A stretch of 64,000 bases of DNA from a virus (lineage: Duplodnaviria > Caudoviricetes). Made by a program: the position numbers and the translations under genes. Location of the stretch: IMG/VR virus record IMGVR_UViG_3300032225_001145, positions 1 through 64,000 of that record, one strand, 5' to 3'. The notes under the pieces were generated by a model. That model saw only the letters and a program-made list of their open reading frames with translations, made no database searches and had not been told where the DNA came from. Below are positions 10,527 to 20,341 of the stretch, piece after piece. Within the stretch, counting starts at the first letter, position 1, and each line of letters begins with the position of its first letter.

Positions 10527-11683
10527 AAGCTCTTGAATTTATTTTTGAATCTGCACAAACAACCTTAGGCGGATTCAAAGTTACACCTTTACACATCGAA
10601 GATCAAGATGTAGATGAGGCCATTGGATTAAATGCTCCACATCGCCGGATGAGTCGCGATGAATTACAAGGCTATGCTAATCGTATCAAGACTGGCACCA
10701 AAACTAAAAAAGATAGATTTGCTCCTATTATACATGGTAGCAATATCAAGGCAATTACCAAAGATGACAACGGCACAGAATGGGACTTAGATGATTTAGC
10801 TCGCCAGATCACTACTCGTCCTCGTTCATTGTTAGGCACTAATGCTAAGATGAGTAAGAGTGCTACCGAGGGTGAAATTGTTTATGATTTAACATTGCCA
10901 GCATTGAGTGGTGTTGTGGTTGACGAAGAAACTAGTGACTTTGTAGAAATTACTACTTGTCCAGGCGCAGGCGGTTGTCAGCTATTCTGTTATGCTCGTA
11001 AAGGTGGCTATGTAATGTTCCCTGCTAGCTCTATGTCAGCCGCACAAGCATTAAACTTCTTAGTTAATGATCCGCCTGGCTACATGGCCATGGTTAATCG
11101 AGAGATACAAGGTCTCAAAGGCAAAACAGACAAACATGGAATTAGATTAGTTGTGCGTTGGCATGACGCGGGCGACTTCTTTTCCAAAGAATATCTAGAT
11201 TTAGCATTCAATGTTGCTCGCACTAATCCAGATGTAAAATTCTATGCTTATACTAAGATGGCCGATGTTGCTACTTCTGCCAATAAACCTGCTAATTTTA
11301 TCGTCAATTTTAGTTCAGGAAGTAAGCGTGGTGAAGAAAAGAAAATTGAATTACACAAAGCCCAAGGCAACGCAGTTAAAGATGCTGTAACATTACCCAA
11401 AGATATGTTCCGCACATTGTTTGTCACAGATCCTAAAGGCAAATATGTTAAAGACGAAAAAGGCCGCACACAAGTTAAAAGTCCCGAAGCATGGGAAGAA
11501 TTTAAAAAAACATTGGCTGCCAAATATAAAATTGATCCAAATTCAATTATCACATACGATCAGATGTTAACAATTCCCGAAGGTCCACAACCTAAATGGA
11601 ATGTAGTTATATTCCCGGCTGGACACGGAGACCGTGCTGCTAATAGATTGGATGTAATCAACAGTTTCTTAATGTTCCACTAA
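10523..11683 (+). CDS. GP88-family phage protein (Cys-cluster, radical-SAM-like)
   Basis: TCPGAGGCQLFCYA, RWHDAGDF, FYAYTK. Confidence 0.75.
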   Translation: MKALEFIFESAQTTLGGFKVTPLHIEDQDVDEAIGLNAPHRRMSRDELQGYANRIKTGTKTKKDRFAPIIHGSNIKAITKDDNGTEWDLDDLARQITTRPRSLLGTNAKMSKSATEGEIVYDLTLPALSGVVVDEETSDFVEITTCPGAGGCQLFCYARKGGYVMFPASSMSAAQALNFLVNDPPGYMAMVNREIQGLKGKTDKHGIRLVVRWHDAGDFFSKEYLDLAFNVARTNPDVKFYAYTKMADVATSANKPANFIVNFSSGSKRGEEKKIELHKAQGNAVKDAVTLPKDMFRTLFVTDPKGKYVKDEKGRTQVKSPEAWEEFKKTLAAKYKIDPNSIITYDQMLTIPEGPQPKWNVVIFPAGHGDRAANRLDVINSFLMFH

Positions 11684-11684
11684 A

Positions 11685-13322
11685 ATGATTTTAAACGATT
11701 TTACCCAACCTAAACTAAAGTTTAGTCGCGAAAAGCTAGACGCAGTTCTTGTCGAGCTTTGCGGTATGGTCATCGAAGGACAACAGGACAATCCAGATTT
11801 TTATGGTATGGTAGCCGCTGCGGTATTAGATCCACGGGGAAGATTAGTTACTGGAGTAAATTATCTATATGGTAATTCAAGAATTCACGCCGAACGAGCA
11901 GCCATAGACAAGTATGAGGAAGAGTATGGAGAATTGCCAAAAGGTAGTATTGTAATTACTACATTAAGCCCATGCTGTGAAGATACTGGCGATAATCGAT
12001 ATGGAGTTAGCTGTACGGATTTATTAAATCAAAAACATATCAAATTAGCCTACTGCGGGTACAGTGATCCGTCACAAGATAATACTCACGAAAATTTTAC
12101 AATTATTATTACAGAAAATAGTAAGATTAAATTGTTATGTAAAAAATTAGCTGATACATTTTTAAAAAAAAAATTAGCAGAAAATACAAATAAACAAATA
12201 TTATCCTACATCAAAAAGATACACCCAAAAGGTGAGTTTAAGATTGATCAATCAGTAACTGATCATCCTGTATGGGAGTTGACCACTGTACCTATCAGCG
12301 GTTTACATCTTGAAAAAGATGGCAGTCCTTATGGACAAATTAGTTATGTTGACTATGATCATGTAGCCGATATTACAGCACAAGATATAAAAAATAAACC
12401 TATTGTTGTAGACAACGCTGGATGGGTGATTGATGGCAATCATCGTGCTGTAGCTGCACGTGAAATGGGTATGAAATATATACCAGCCTATGTTCCAGAT
12501 TTATCTGCAGAAGAAGATCAAGAAACTTACGATCAACATATGGCTCGCATTAAAAAACAAATAAACGAAGCTCGCATACCATATGCGATAGAAGAGTTTC
12601 TTGACAGTTTAAACCCTGATGATGTAGGTGTTGAAGAGTTTGGCCGTTACCGCGTACACTACGAAGGGTTTAGCGATGATTGTCAAAGTAGTAGCGATTA
12701 TCGCAAGAATCCTGAAGCAGTATATGATCAAGTATTCCAAGATTTTATTGCTCGCGAGGGCGGGGCCAGGCCGATAGTTTCAGACATGATTGGTGACGAG
12801 GACTATCCAATACTTTATAGTATATTTAAAATTAAACAACAGCCAGTCAATGAAACGGCATCGTTTAATCAATGCTACGCCACCGCTTGTAAACTATATG
12901 ACAAAGCTGACGCTGAAAATTTAAATCCTATGCTATTACAAGTAGCTGGATACAAAGGTAACGGAAGTACTGCTAACACTAATTGGTTAGAAATACCACC
13001 ACGCTTGTGGCAACACTATGTTACAGTAGTTGGCGACATGGTATTAGATCCTACTGCTAAACAGTTTGGGTCAGACAAGGCAACCAAATATCCACGTAGT
13101 CAGTTGGATCACGATTGGAATAAGCAGTATCAAATTAAACCAAAGGAAGTTACAGAAAACTTTGCTGATGGTAAAGGGCCAGGTCGTCCAGGCGATAGCC
13201 AGCGTCATGGTATTCCTAAGGGTGCTACAATGGCCGAATTAGAAAAAGCAAGCCACGCTAAAGGTCGAAAAGGACAGCTAGCTCGTTGGCAACTAAATAT
13301 GCGGAGAGGACATAAAGAATGA
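11685..13322 (+). CDS. modular protein: Zn-dependent deaminase, ParB/Srx-like and papain-like modules
   Basis: HAE..TLSPC..C; IDGNHR; NQC..HY..LDPTAKQF. Confidence 0.7.
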   Translation: MILNDFTQPKLKFSREKLDAVLVELCGMVIEGQQDNPDFYGMVAAAVLDPRGRLVTGVNYLYGNSRIHAERAAIDKYEEEYGELPKGSIVITTLSPCCEDTGDNRYGVSCTDLLNQKHIKLAYCGYSDPSQDNTHENFTIIITENSKIKLLCKKLADTFLKKKLAENTNKQILSYIKKIHPKGEFKIDQSVTDHPVWELTTVPISGLHLEKDGSPYGQISYVDYDHVADITAQDIKNKPIVVDNAGWVIDGNHRAVAAREMGMKYIPAYVPDLSAEEDQETYDQHMARIKKQINEARIPYAIEEFLDSLNPDDVGVEEFGRYRVHYEGFSDDCQSSSDYRKNPEAVYDQVFQDFIAREGGARPIVSDMIGDEDYPILYSIFKIKQQPVNETASFNQCYATACKLYDKADAENLNPMLLQVAGYKGNGSTANTNWLEIPPRLWQHYVTVVGDMVLDPTAKQFGSDKATKYPRSQLDHDWNKQYQIKPKEVTENFADGKGPGRPGDSQRHGIPKGATMAELEKASHAKGRKGQLARWQLNMRRGHKE

Positions 13323-14047
13323 AAATTAATCAAATCATCACTGAAGAGTGGAGTCAAAAATACAAGAAAAGTATTAACTGCCGCCACCCAAAAGGGTTCA
13401 GTCAAAAAGCTCATTGTGCTGGCAAGAAAAAACACAACGAAGATATTACTATGGAAGAGGTGTGTCCAGACTGTGGTATGTGCCAAACACATGGCAATCT
13501 TAATGAAATTAAAAAAGGTGCCAAAGATAGCAACGGATACACTAAGTGCTGGCCAGGCAAGCATGCCGAAGGTACTAAGAAGGGAAAGAATGGCGGCCTA
13601 GTACGTAACTGTGTGCCAAACGAAAGCGAAGAACTAGATGAAGAGTTTGATCTTATTGAATCTATTATTAATAATCTTGCTAATCGTAATCAAGTAGATC
13701 CAGAAGCAATTTGGGAAGATTTAGAATCACTTACTAACGACGAACTATATGTATTTGCTGCCACGATGCCAATTATGGAAGATTGGCAAAAAGCTAATAA
13801 AAAGGATAAAACAGATGGCATGAGTCAAAAGGCTGTGAACTCGTATCGCCGTGAACATCCTGGCTCAAAATTAAAGACTGCCGTGACTACCAAACCTAGT
13901 AAGTTAAAGAAAGGTAGTAAAGCTAGCAAGCGTCGTAAAAGCTATTGTAGTCGTAGTAAGGGTCAAATGAAGATGCACAGCATTAGTTGTGCTAAGACTC
14001 CCGACAAGGCTATCTGTAAAGCCCGTCGTCGTTGGAACTGTGAATGA
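13319..14047 (+). CDS. Cys/Lys-rich modular phage protein
   Basis: KCWPG..VRNCV module, basic C-terminus ending RRWNCE. Confidence 0.65.
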   Translation: MKINQIITEEWSQKYKKSINCRHPKGFSQKAHCAGKKKHNEDITMEEVCPDCGMCQTHGNLNEIKKGAKDSNGYTKCWPGKHAEGTKKGKNGGLVRNCVPNESEELDEEFDLIESIINNLANRNQVDPEAIWEDLESLTNDELYVFAATMPIMEDWQKANKKDKTDGMSQKAVNSYRREHPGSKLKTAVTTKPSKLKKGSKASKRRKSYCSRSKGQMKMHSISCAKTPDKAICKARRRWNCE

Positions 14048-14988
14048 GATTTAAAGAATTTATTGTCGAATATCGCCACCCTAATGAACAAAAAGTGCAT
14101 AGGGCAGGATTAGATTTGGAATCTATTATAGTAGGCAGAGATTTTCAAATAACTGCTTCAAGTCATGGTCGCGAAATGGGCCGTGTACTATTCCACATTA
14201 ACGACAATACTTTAATTCCTGATGATTTATGGGTTGAAGAACAGTATCGCGGACAGGGTATCGCAGCTGTAATGTACGATTGGGCCAAAGAACTAGGCTA
14301 TCGTGTAGTACGCAGTGATTCTCAAACAGATGATGGCAAACATTTTTGGGATAAGAATCGTGGAGAAGCAGGTCAAGTATGGGAAGCCGAGCTGGCCGAA
14401 ATAGCCCGTATACCAAAAAGCGAATTAGCTGGGTGGGGCGATAAAGATACAATAGAGCCACAGCAGGAACCTAAGGGTTCTAAGCCTTTACCCGGCGGTA
14501 GCGGATATAAGTATCATGTAAATCGCAAAGGCAGCGATTTTATAGAAATTACCTTATACGACAAAGGTCAAATTATTGCTGAATTGGATTTAGAAGAATT
14601 AGGAGCTCCTATTCCACTTTGGCGAGTTGAAACTGTTGTAGCTATTCCTGAATATCAAGGTCGAGGCTTAGGTATGTCATTGTATGGAATAGCTTTAAGT
14701 ATCTTAAAATTAACTCTAGTAGCAGGCGAAACACAAACTCAACACGGAGCCCGTCAATGGCTTAAACTTAGTCAAATACCTGGGGTAGAAGTCATGGGCA
14801 TGAAAACTGCTCCTAAAAACAATTTTAAACAGGGACCCGATAATATAGTGTTATGGCAAGGGCCTGAAATGATTACTTACACATTCCCTATTACACAGGG
14901 ATCTAAATCAATGAAATCTGCCCAGCGCGGCGTTGGAATATATAATTCAGCCGGCGCAACCATGATTGCTAAATGGACCGGCAAGTAA
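14044..14988 (+). CDS. tandem GNAT acetyltransferase
   Basis: Two acetyl-CoA motif A copies: YRGQGIA and YQGRGLG. Confidence 0.8.
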   Translation: MRFKEFIVEYRHPNEQKVHRAGLDLESIIVGRDFQITASSHGREMGRVLFHINDNTLIPDDLWVEEQYRGQGIAAVMYDWAKELGYRVVRSDSQTDDGKHFWDKNRGEAGQVWEAELAEIARIPKSELAGWGDKDTIEPQQEPKGSKPLPGGSGYKYHVNRKGSDFIEITLYDKGQIIAELDLEELGAPIPLWRVETVVAIPEYQGRGLGMSLYGIALSILKLTLVAGETQTQHGARQWLKLSQIPGVEVMGMKTAPKNNFKQGPDNIVLWQGPEMITYTFPITQGSKSMKSAQRGVGIYNSAGATMIAKWTGK

Positions 14989-15007
14989 AAATCCGCTAAA
15001 TACTTTA

Positions 15008-15199
15008 ATGCGATTATATGAAATTGTAGGTTTACAAGAAACAACTGTGAGTGGTAGTATTGCTACTGTAGCTATGCCCTTGGGCCCAGTACAGCGTAGA
15101 ATACCACCAGATAGCCTATTTCAAGGTAAATATACTACCGACGCAAATCCGACGCCAAATACGCCGGACTGGATGAAAAAATTTAAAGGGAAGAAGTAA
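15008..15199 (+). CDS. hypothetical protein
   Basis: Start moved to ATG 15008, 5 nt after TAAATA at 14997-15002. Confidence 0.6.
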   Translation: MRLYEIVGLQETTVSGSIATVAMPLGPVQRRIPPDSLFQGKYTTDANPTPNTPDWMKKFKGKK

Positions 15200-15639
15200 T
15201 GTTAGCTGATTTAATGAAAATCCTATTAGCAAGTGACTTTAGTTACTATCTAAAAGCACACTTCTTTCATTGGAATGTAGAGGGCAAAGACTTCTATCAA
15301 TATCATAAATTCCTACAAAAAGTCTACGAAGATGCTTATGAAGCTGTAGATACTATTGCTGAAAATATTCGTACATTAAACGAGTATGCTCCAGGTAGTT
15401 TAATCCGCTATCACGAGTTATCCCGTATTAAAGACCAAACCAAAGTGCCTAGAGCACAACTCATGCTGGAGGAATTACTAGCTGATTCCCACATTATGAT
15501 TGCACTTCTTAATGAATGTTTTGCCGCTGCCGAAGCAGAGAACAAGCAAGACATCGCAAATTTTATCGCTGAAAGATTAACTGCCACTAATAAGTTTATC
15601 TGGATGTTACAAAGTTTTTTAAGAGAGTCTAGAGCATAA
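15199..15639 (+). CDS. dps: Dps/ferritin-like DNA-protecting protein
   Basis: HWNVEG..F..H..Y..D..AE..R and terminal WML. Confidence 0.9.
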   Translation: MLADLMKILLASDFSYYLKAHFFHWNVEGKDFYQYHKFLQKVYEDAYEAVDTIAENIRTLNEYAPGSLIRYHELSRIKDQTKVPRAQLMLEELLADSHIMIALLNECFAAAEAENKQDIANFIAERLTATNKFIWMLQSFLRESRA

Positions 15640-16601
15640 TGGATCATGAGTTTTTAAGCATCGTAGAAAAATTAGCTATCCTTGAAGGGCGCATTGCTCC
15701 AAAGGAAAGTAAAGTCATGGTTGAAACTTCAACCAAGCAAAAGAAGCCGGCTCTTTTTAATAATCTTAAAAAAGATGAATCTGCTATGCCCATGGTAGGT
15801 GGAGTAGAGTTTGCCGAAGATAAAATGGAAGAAGATGTGTTGGGTAGAGTCAAAGCCTCGTTAGCTGACTACTTAAAGTCTGCTGAGGAAAATTTAAAAC
15901 ACGATACTGATCTTATTGCTAAGAAAAAACAAGATTTAGATTTAAAGAAAAAAGAATTAAAAGATTTAACACTCCAAGCCAAAAAAAATGTTGACGAAGC
16001 CATTCCAATGACATTAGAAGATCATCAAAAACTTGAAGTAGGTGATCGTATTTGCGTTACTGGCCCAAATCACTATCAAGGCGAGTTCGGTGACATTGTT
16101 GATTTTGGTCGCGGTAGTGATTTTATTATCGTAGACATTGACGGTGAGATAGTTAGCATGCACGCTAGTGATGTTGAATATCACGATGATCAAGAAGATT
16201 GGGATGAAGATGATGGCGTTATGTTCGAGCCACCAAAAAATAAAAATCACAGTATATATAAAAACGAAGGCGAGCTAGAAGAAGATCCAAATCAGACTCC
16301 AGCAGGCGGCGAAGGTAAATCTACATTATCAGATCCTACCTACGCAGAAAGTGCGACAGCTCCAGTTAAAACAGTTAATGTTCCTACAGAAGAAGTAGGA
16401 CTTAGTGGCGGCGGCGGAAGTGTGTTAGTTGAAATCCACGGCGACGAGCGCGATGGTTTTTGTATCAAGAGAGCTGGTAAAGAATTACCAACTCGCTTTA
16501 AGAGTTTAGAAGAATGTGAAATCGCATTAGAAATGTATATGGCTCGTGCTAAAGCTAAACAAGCTGCTGAACAGTCTGCTGATTATATAGAAGAAAAATA
16601 A
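15639..16601 (+). CDS. acidic modular protein with KOW/SH3-like segment
   Basis: LEVGDRICVTGP..GEFGDI. Confidence 0.6.
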   Translation: MDHEFLSIVEKLAILEGRIAPKESKVMVETSTKQKKPALFNNLKKDESAMPMVGGVEFAEDKMEEDVLGRVKASLADYLKSAEENLKHDTDLIAKKKQDLDLKKKELKDLTLQAKKNVDEAIPMTLEDHQKLEVGDRICVTGPNHYQGEFGDIVDFGRGSDFIIVDIDGEIVSMHASDVEYHDDQEDWDEDDGVMFEPPKNKNHSIYKNEGELEEDPNQTPAGGEGKSTLSDPTYAESATAPVKTVNVPTEEVGLSGGGGSVLVEIHGDERDGFCIKRAGKELPTRFKSLEECEIALEMYMARAKAKQAAEQSADYIEEK

Positions 16602-16602
16602 T

Positions 16603-19146
16603 ATGAATTTATTTGATTTATTTGAAGGAGCCATCGACGACCTTGAAGCTCGTCGTATTGAAGATTTAGAAGCAAAGATGGACGACTTAATAGCTCGTGC
16701 CAAAGAAGCAACTGACCCTAATGTTATTGCGGCGTTGCGCCATCAGTTTGCAATAGCAGTAGCCGAGCGTAATAGTTATTACAAATTAAATGTAGAAGAA
16801 GACACAGATACAAATTATACCTATACAGTTTTCATTGATGGTACTAAAGAAGGTACCTACGGTAGTAAAGAAGAAGCCAAAGCTGTAGTTAAGCGCAAAA
16901 AAGAACAAGCACCAGGTAGAGTGTATACTATTAGACCAAAGAGTCGCACTAGTATGTCTAGTATTAAACGATTCCAGCGCAATAGAGATCGTGAAATTGA
17001 AGAAGATGATTTAGTTACAGCCGAAGGTTATGCTACTACAATAGGTCCTGATATGGCTCCACTAGATCCAGCAACGCAATGGAAAATTAAAGTTAGGCAA
17101 TTAATTGCTGATTACATTAAAAATCCACAAGGTTTATATAATATAGCTAAACGCAACGGACCTAATAGCCCCGAAGCATTTGCCTATAATCAAATTATGC
17201 ATCCTACTGGTAAAATTGCTTTACCACCCGACGCTGTTACATTCGAAGGTTATGTGCCTCTTGACAAGTATAGTCCAACCGCTGTTTGTCTATCTGGCAA
17301 GCCTGTTAAAAAGTTTGACTACTATAAAGACGCTGAAAACTTTTACAAAAACTGGAAACAAAAATTGTATCGCGAAGGCAACACAGAGAAGGCAGACAAG
17401 ATTACCTTGATGCCGTTGAATCTTGATGAAGCCGCCAATCTAGCACAACAAGCTGCTATTGCTATTGCTAAGAAAAAAGCTCATACAAAACCTAAACAAA
17501 TGGACGAAGCTAGCGATCGTGTAGATCCTATTCTAATAAAAGCATTGAACCGTATGCCCGACGGATTAAACAGTCACGGCGAAGTGCTCAATGCCGCATA
17601 TGATGCTTATGCTATGGAGTTAGGTCGTATGCGGATGAAAAGCGAGTATGGCACTACCAATGCGTATATCCCACAACTAATGAATCTGTACAAAGAAAAA
17701 TACAGCCTAGATATAAAAGAAGATACAGGTAGTTGGATTGCCTTTGATCCTGCAACTAAACAAATTAAAAAACGTTTTAAAACACACACAGCTGGCAAGA
17801 GTTATGCTAAGGTACACAATTTAGGCTTTGCTAGTAGTGAATACTACTTTGACAATGTTAAAGAAAAAGATATAGCAGAAGATGAACAAATTGATGGCAT
17901 GGCTCGCGGCGAAGTAAAAGAAATTATTCGTAATGCTAGCACCATTCAACAGGCATTGGATCAAGGTATCAGTTTAGACGGTTGGATGTATAGTTATGTT
18001 ACTACAAGTAACGACCACTTAAACAGCGTGGCAGAACAAATTGGTAATCCCGACATCGAAGAAGCAAGTATGACATGGGCCGCGCACAAATCGACAGGGC
18101 CAAAGTTTAGTGGCTATCTAAAAGGTACAGACTCTGCCCCTACTGAATTTGGCAACAAGAGTGTTGGCGGGATGGAAGAAGGAATTGACGGTAACATGAC
18201 TGTACGTTCTAATCCATTATCACAACCTTTAAGAAAACGCAATTATGTTGCCAAGAATGCTCAAAGTTCTGGAGCTGGTAAACACAATAATAATTTAAAA
18301 GCGGCGGCCGCTCGCGGTCAAGTTAAACATAAAGCCAAGGCATTTGAATTAGATGAGATGACTGACGACGAAGGTGCTAAGTTACGCAAAGACGCTGAAG
18401 CTTACGCTATTAAACAAATGACAGCTCCTAAAAAAGTTGAGCCAAAAAAATCATTCATGCAACAAGTTGGCGACAAACAAATTGGCATGGTCAAAGGTGC
18501 TTGGAAGGGTTTAACTGGGCAACTCAAAGAATCTGATAATTTTATGACTTGGGCAGTTCGTAATGGCTACAACTTTACCAAAGATCCAGCTATTTACGAA
18601 TCAGCTAGAAAAGAATATAAAGCTCTAGTAGAGTCTAAAAAAAAGACATTAAAAAATACTAATCCTTGTTGGAAAGGTTACAAGCCAGTTGGTACAAAAG
18701 AAAAGAATGGTAACACCGTTCCTAATTGTGTACCTGTAGAAGAAGATTGCGGTCCTATTGCGCCGCACCAAACTTACTATGGTGCTATGGATGAAACTAA
18801 AGGCTTAGGCAAACGAGTTCGAGTAGTTAGTGGTCCAGCAGCCGGACAAACTGGCACTATTGGCGAAGTACGCAATGGCGCATATCAAGGCGCTCCAAAA
18901 TATTACACAGTAGACTTAGACAACGGCGGCCATGTACAAGTTCGCAAAGAAGCATTAAAATTAATAAAAGACGACCTAAAAGAAAGTCTAAAAGACGGCG
19001 AATATTTTATTTGGACAGTTTACTTTGATAACGGTACTAGTAAACGTATAAAAGTTAAATCAGATGAATTTGATCCATATGCGTATTATGCTAGAAAAAA
19101 TCAAGTAGTAGTGAATGTTGATTATAATTGGGAAATACATCAATAA
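16603..19146 (+). CDS. large modular protein of many short domains
   Basis: PCWKGY..VPNCVP module, KOW-like GKRVRVVSGP..GQTGTI, many Glu-ending linkers. Confidence 0.65.
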   Translation: MNLFDLFEGAIDDLEARRIEDLEAKMDDLIARAKEATDPNVIAALRHQFAIAVAERNSYYKLNVEEDTDTNYTYTVFIDGTKEGTYGSKEEAKAVVKRKKEQAPGRVYTIRPKSRTSMSSIKRFQRNRDREIEEDDLVTAEGYATTIGPDMAPLDPATQWKIKVRQLIADYIKNPQGLYNIAKRNGPNSPEAFAYNQIMHPTGKIALPPDAVTFEGYVPLDKYSPTAVCLSGKPVKKFDYYKDAENFYKNWKQKLYREGNTEKADKITLMPLNLDEAANLAQQAAIAIAKKKAHTKPKQMDEASDRVDPILIKALNRMPDGLNSHGEVLNAAYDAYAMELGRMRMKSEYGTTNAYIPQLMNLYKEKYSLDIKEDTGSWIAFDPATKQIKKRFKTHTAGKSYAKVHNLGFASSEYYFDNVKEKDIAEDEQIDGMARGEVKEIIRNASTIQQALDQGISLDGWMYSYVTTSNDHLNSVAEQIGNPDIEEASMTWAAHKSTGPKFSGYLKGTDSAPTEFGNKSVGGMEEGIDGNMTVRSNPLSQPLRKRNYVAKNAQSSGAGKHNNNLKAAAARGQVKHKAKAFELDEMTDDEGAKLRKDAEAYAIKQMTAPKKVEPKKSFMQQVGDKQIGMVKGAWKGLTGQLKESDNFMTWAVRNGYNFTKDPAIYESARKEYKALVESKKKTLKNTNPCWKGYKPVGTKEKNGNTVPNCVPVEEDCGPIAPHQTYYGAMDETKGLGKRVRVVSGPAAGQTGTIGEVRNGAYQGAPKYYTVDLDNGGHVQVRKEALKLIKDDLKESLKDGEYFIWTVYFDNGTSKRIKVKSDEFDPYAYYARKNQVVVNVDYNWEIHQ

Positions 19147-19217
19147 TGGATTATCCAGTTTACCCAGAACAAAAAAAGGATGAGGATTATAAACTTAATC
19201 CATATGCGCCAGTATGA
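19146..19217 (+). CDS. 23-aa peptide MDYPVYPEQKKDEDYKLNPYAPV
   Basis: TAATG overlap upstream and ATGA overlap downstream imply translational coupling. Confidence 0.5.
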   Translation: MDYPVYPEQKKDEDYKLNPYAPV

Positions 19218-19858
19218 AATTTCTTGTTCTTAACGGATCATTAACACCACCTAAAGAATCAAATACACAAAAAGTAGTCGATCGTGTTATTGCTGAGTTT
19301 AAACAGCACGGTGTTCGTGTTAACGAAATTATTTTAAGAGATTTAAATTTTGAACCTGGTATAGATAGAGTACGCAGAGATGGCATCGCTGATGATATGA
19401 CTTGGGTGCTCGGCGAAATATTAAAATATGATGGCATTATTTTTGCTACACCTATTTGGTGGGGCACTTACAGTAGCTATATACAAGCATTAATGGAACG
19501 CATGGGTTATATAGATGATTGGGGTATTAAAAACAATTTTAATCCTCATTACGGAAAAACATTTGGTATCATTGTATCTGGTTCCGACGACGGGTGGCAA
19601 GCTACTGCCGCTAAAGCATTTGGTTTTGCTAGTTACCTAGGGTTTACTGTTCCTCCAGATGCATTTGTTAGTGCGGTTGACGACGGTAGAGAAATTAAAA
19701 GTATGAAAGATCCCGACGATGTTATTGATATATTTGTTCGTAACCAAATTATGTGGGCAGATGCTATGATTAGAACTAAAGTTGGCATATTAAGTCAAGC
19801 AACTGAAGAAATTAATAGAACTGGGTATACATCGGCTCCTAGTTTTAGAAAGAAATAG
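19214..19858 (+). CDS. flavodoxin-fold NADPH-dependent FMN reductase family protein
   Basis: LNGS..SNT, DGIIFATPIWWG, ALMER. Confidence 0.85.
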   Translation: MKFLVLNGSLTPPKESNTQKVVDRVIAEFKQHGVRVNEIILRDLNFEPGIDRVRRDGIADDMTWVLGEILKYDGIIFATPIWWGTYSSYIQALMERMGYIDDWGIKNNFNPHYGKTFGIIVSGSDDGWQATAAKAFGFASYLGFTVPPDAFVSAVDDGREIKSMKDPDDVIDIFVRNQIMWADAMIRTKVGILSQATEEINRTGYTSAPSFRKK

Positions 19859-19940
19859 CCTTAGGACCGGTACTAGTTACCGTAGGCTGGGCGGACCCTG
19901 CCCTGGCTAAAACGATTCGCTACCGTTTAACCAAAAGTGT
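19857..19940 (+). ncRNA. candidate structured RNA (three consecutive stems)
   Basis: AGCCT/AGGCT enclosing CGGTA/TACCG; GGGC/GCCC; AAACG/CGTTT; GC-rich, no U tract. Confidence 0.45.
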
Positions 19941-20004
19941 CAAATTCACTTGTTTTATTCCAAAATATCCTGTATACTTGTAACATTATTAACAGGAGAA
20001 TTAA

Positions 20005-20265
20005 ATGTCAGATCGCGTATTCACAGCAGACCAAGTTAAAAAACTTGAACAAATTATCAATGAAGGTATGCAAGTTACTATGGAGATTGAAACTCTATCA
20101 GGCGGCTTGAACGATACTGTTAAAGCAATAGCCGAAGAATTGGAAATCAAACCAAGTATCCTTAAAAAAGCTATCAAGCTAGCACACAAGTCTGAATTTG
20201 GTCGCGAACAAGATGATCATTCATTGCTCGAACAGATTTTAACACAAGTAGGTAAAACACTATAA
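20005..20265 (+). CDS. small dsDNA-binding protein (T4 DsbA/GapR-like)
   Basis: 86-aa helical protein with IAEELEIKPSILKKAIKLAHK, directly upstream of polB. Confidence 0.6.
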   Translation: MSDRVFTADQVKKLEQIINEGMQVTMEIETLSGGLNDTVKAIAEELEIKPSILKKAIKLAHKSEFGREQDDHSLLEQILTQVGKTL

Positions 20266-20341
20266 ATATTATAGTTGGTAGTAAGAGTCGTTCACTTAAC
20301 GAACATGAAACAAGGCTTACCGGCCATAAACGGAGATTAAT

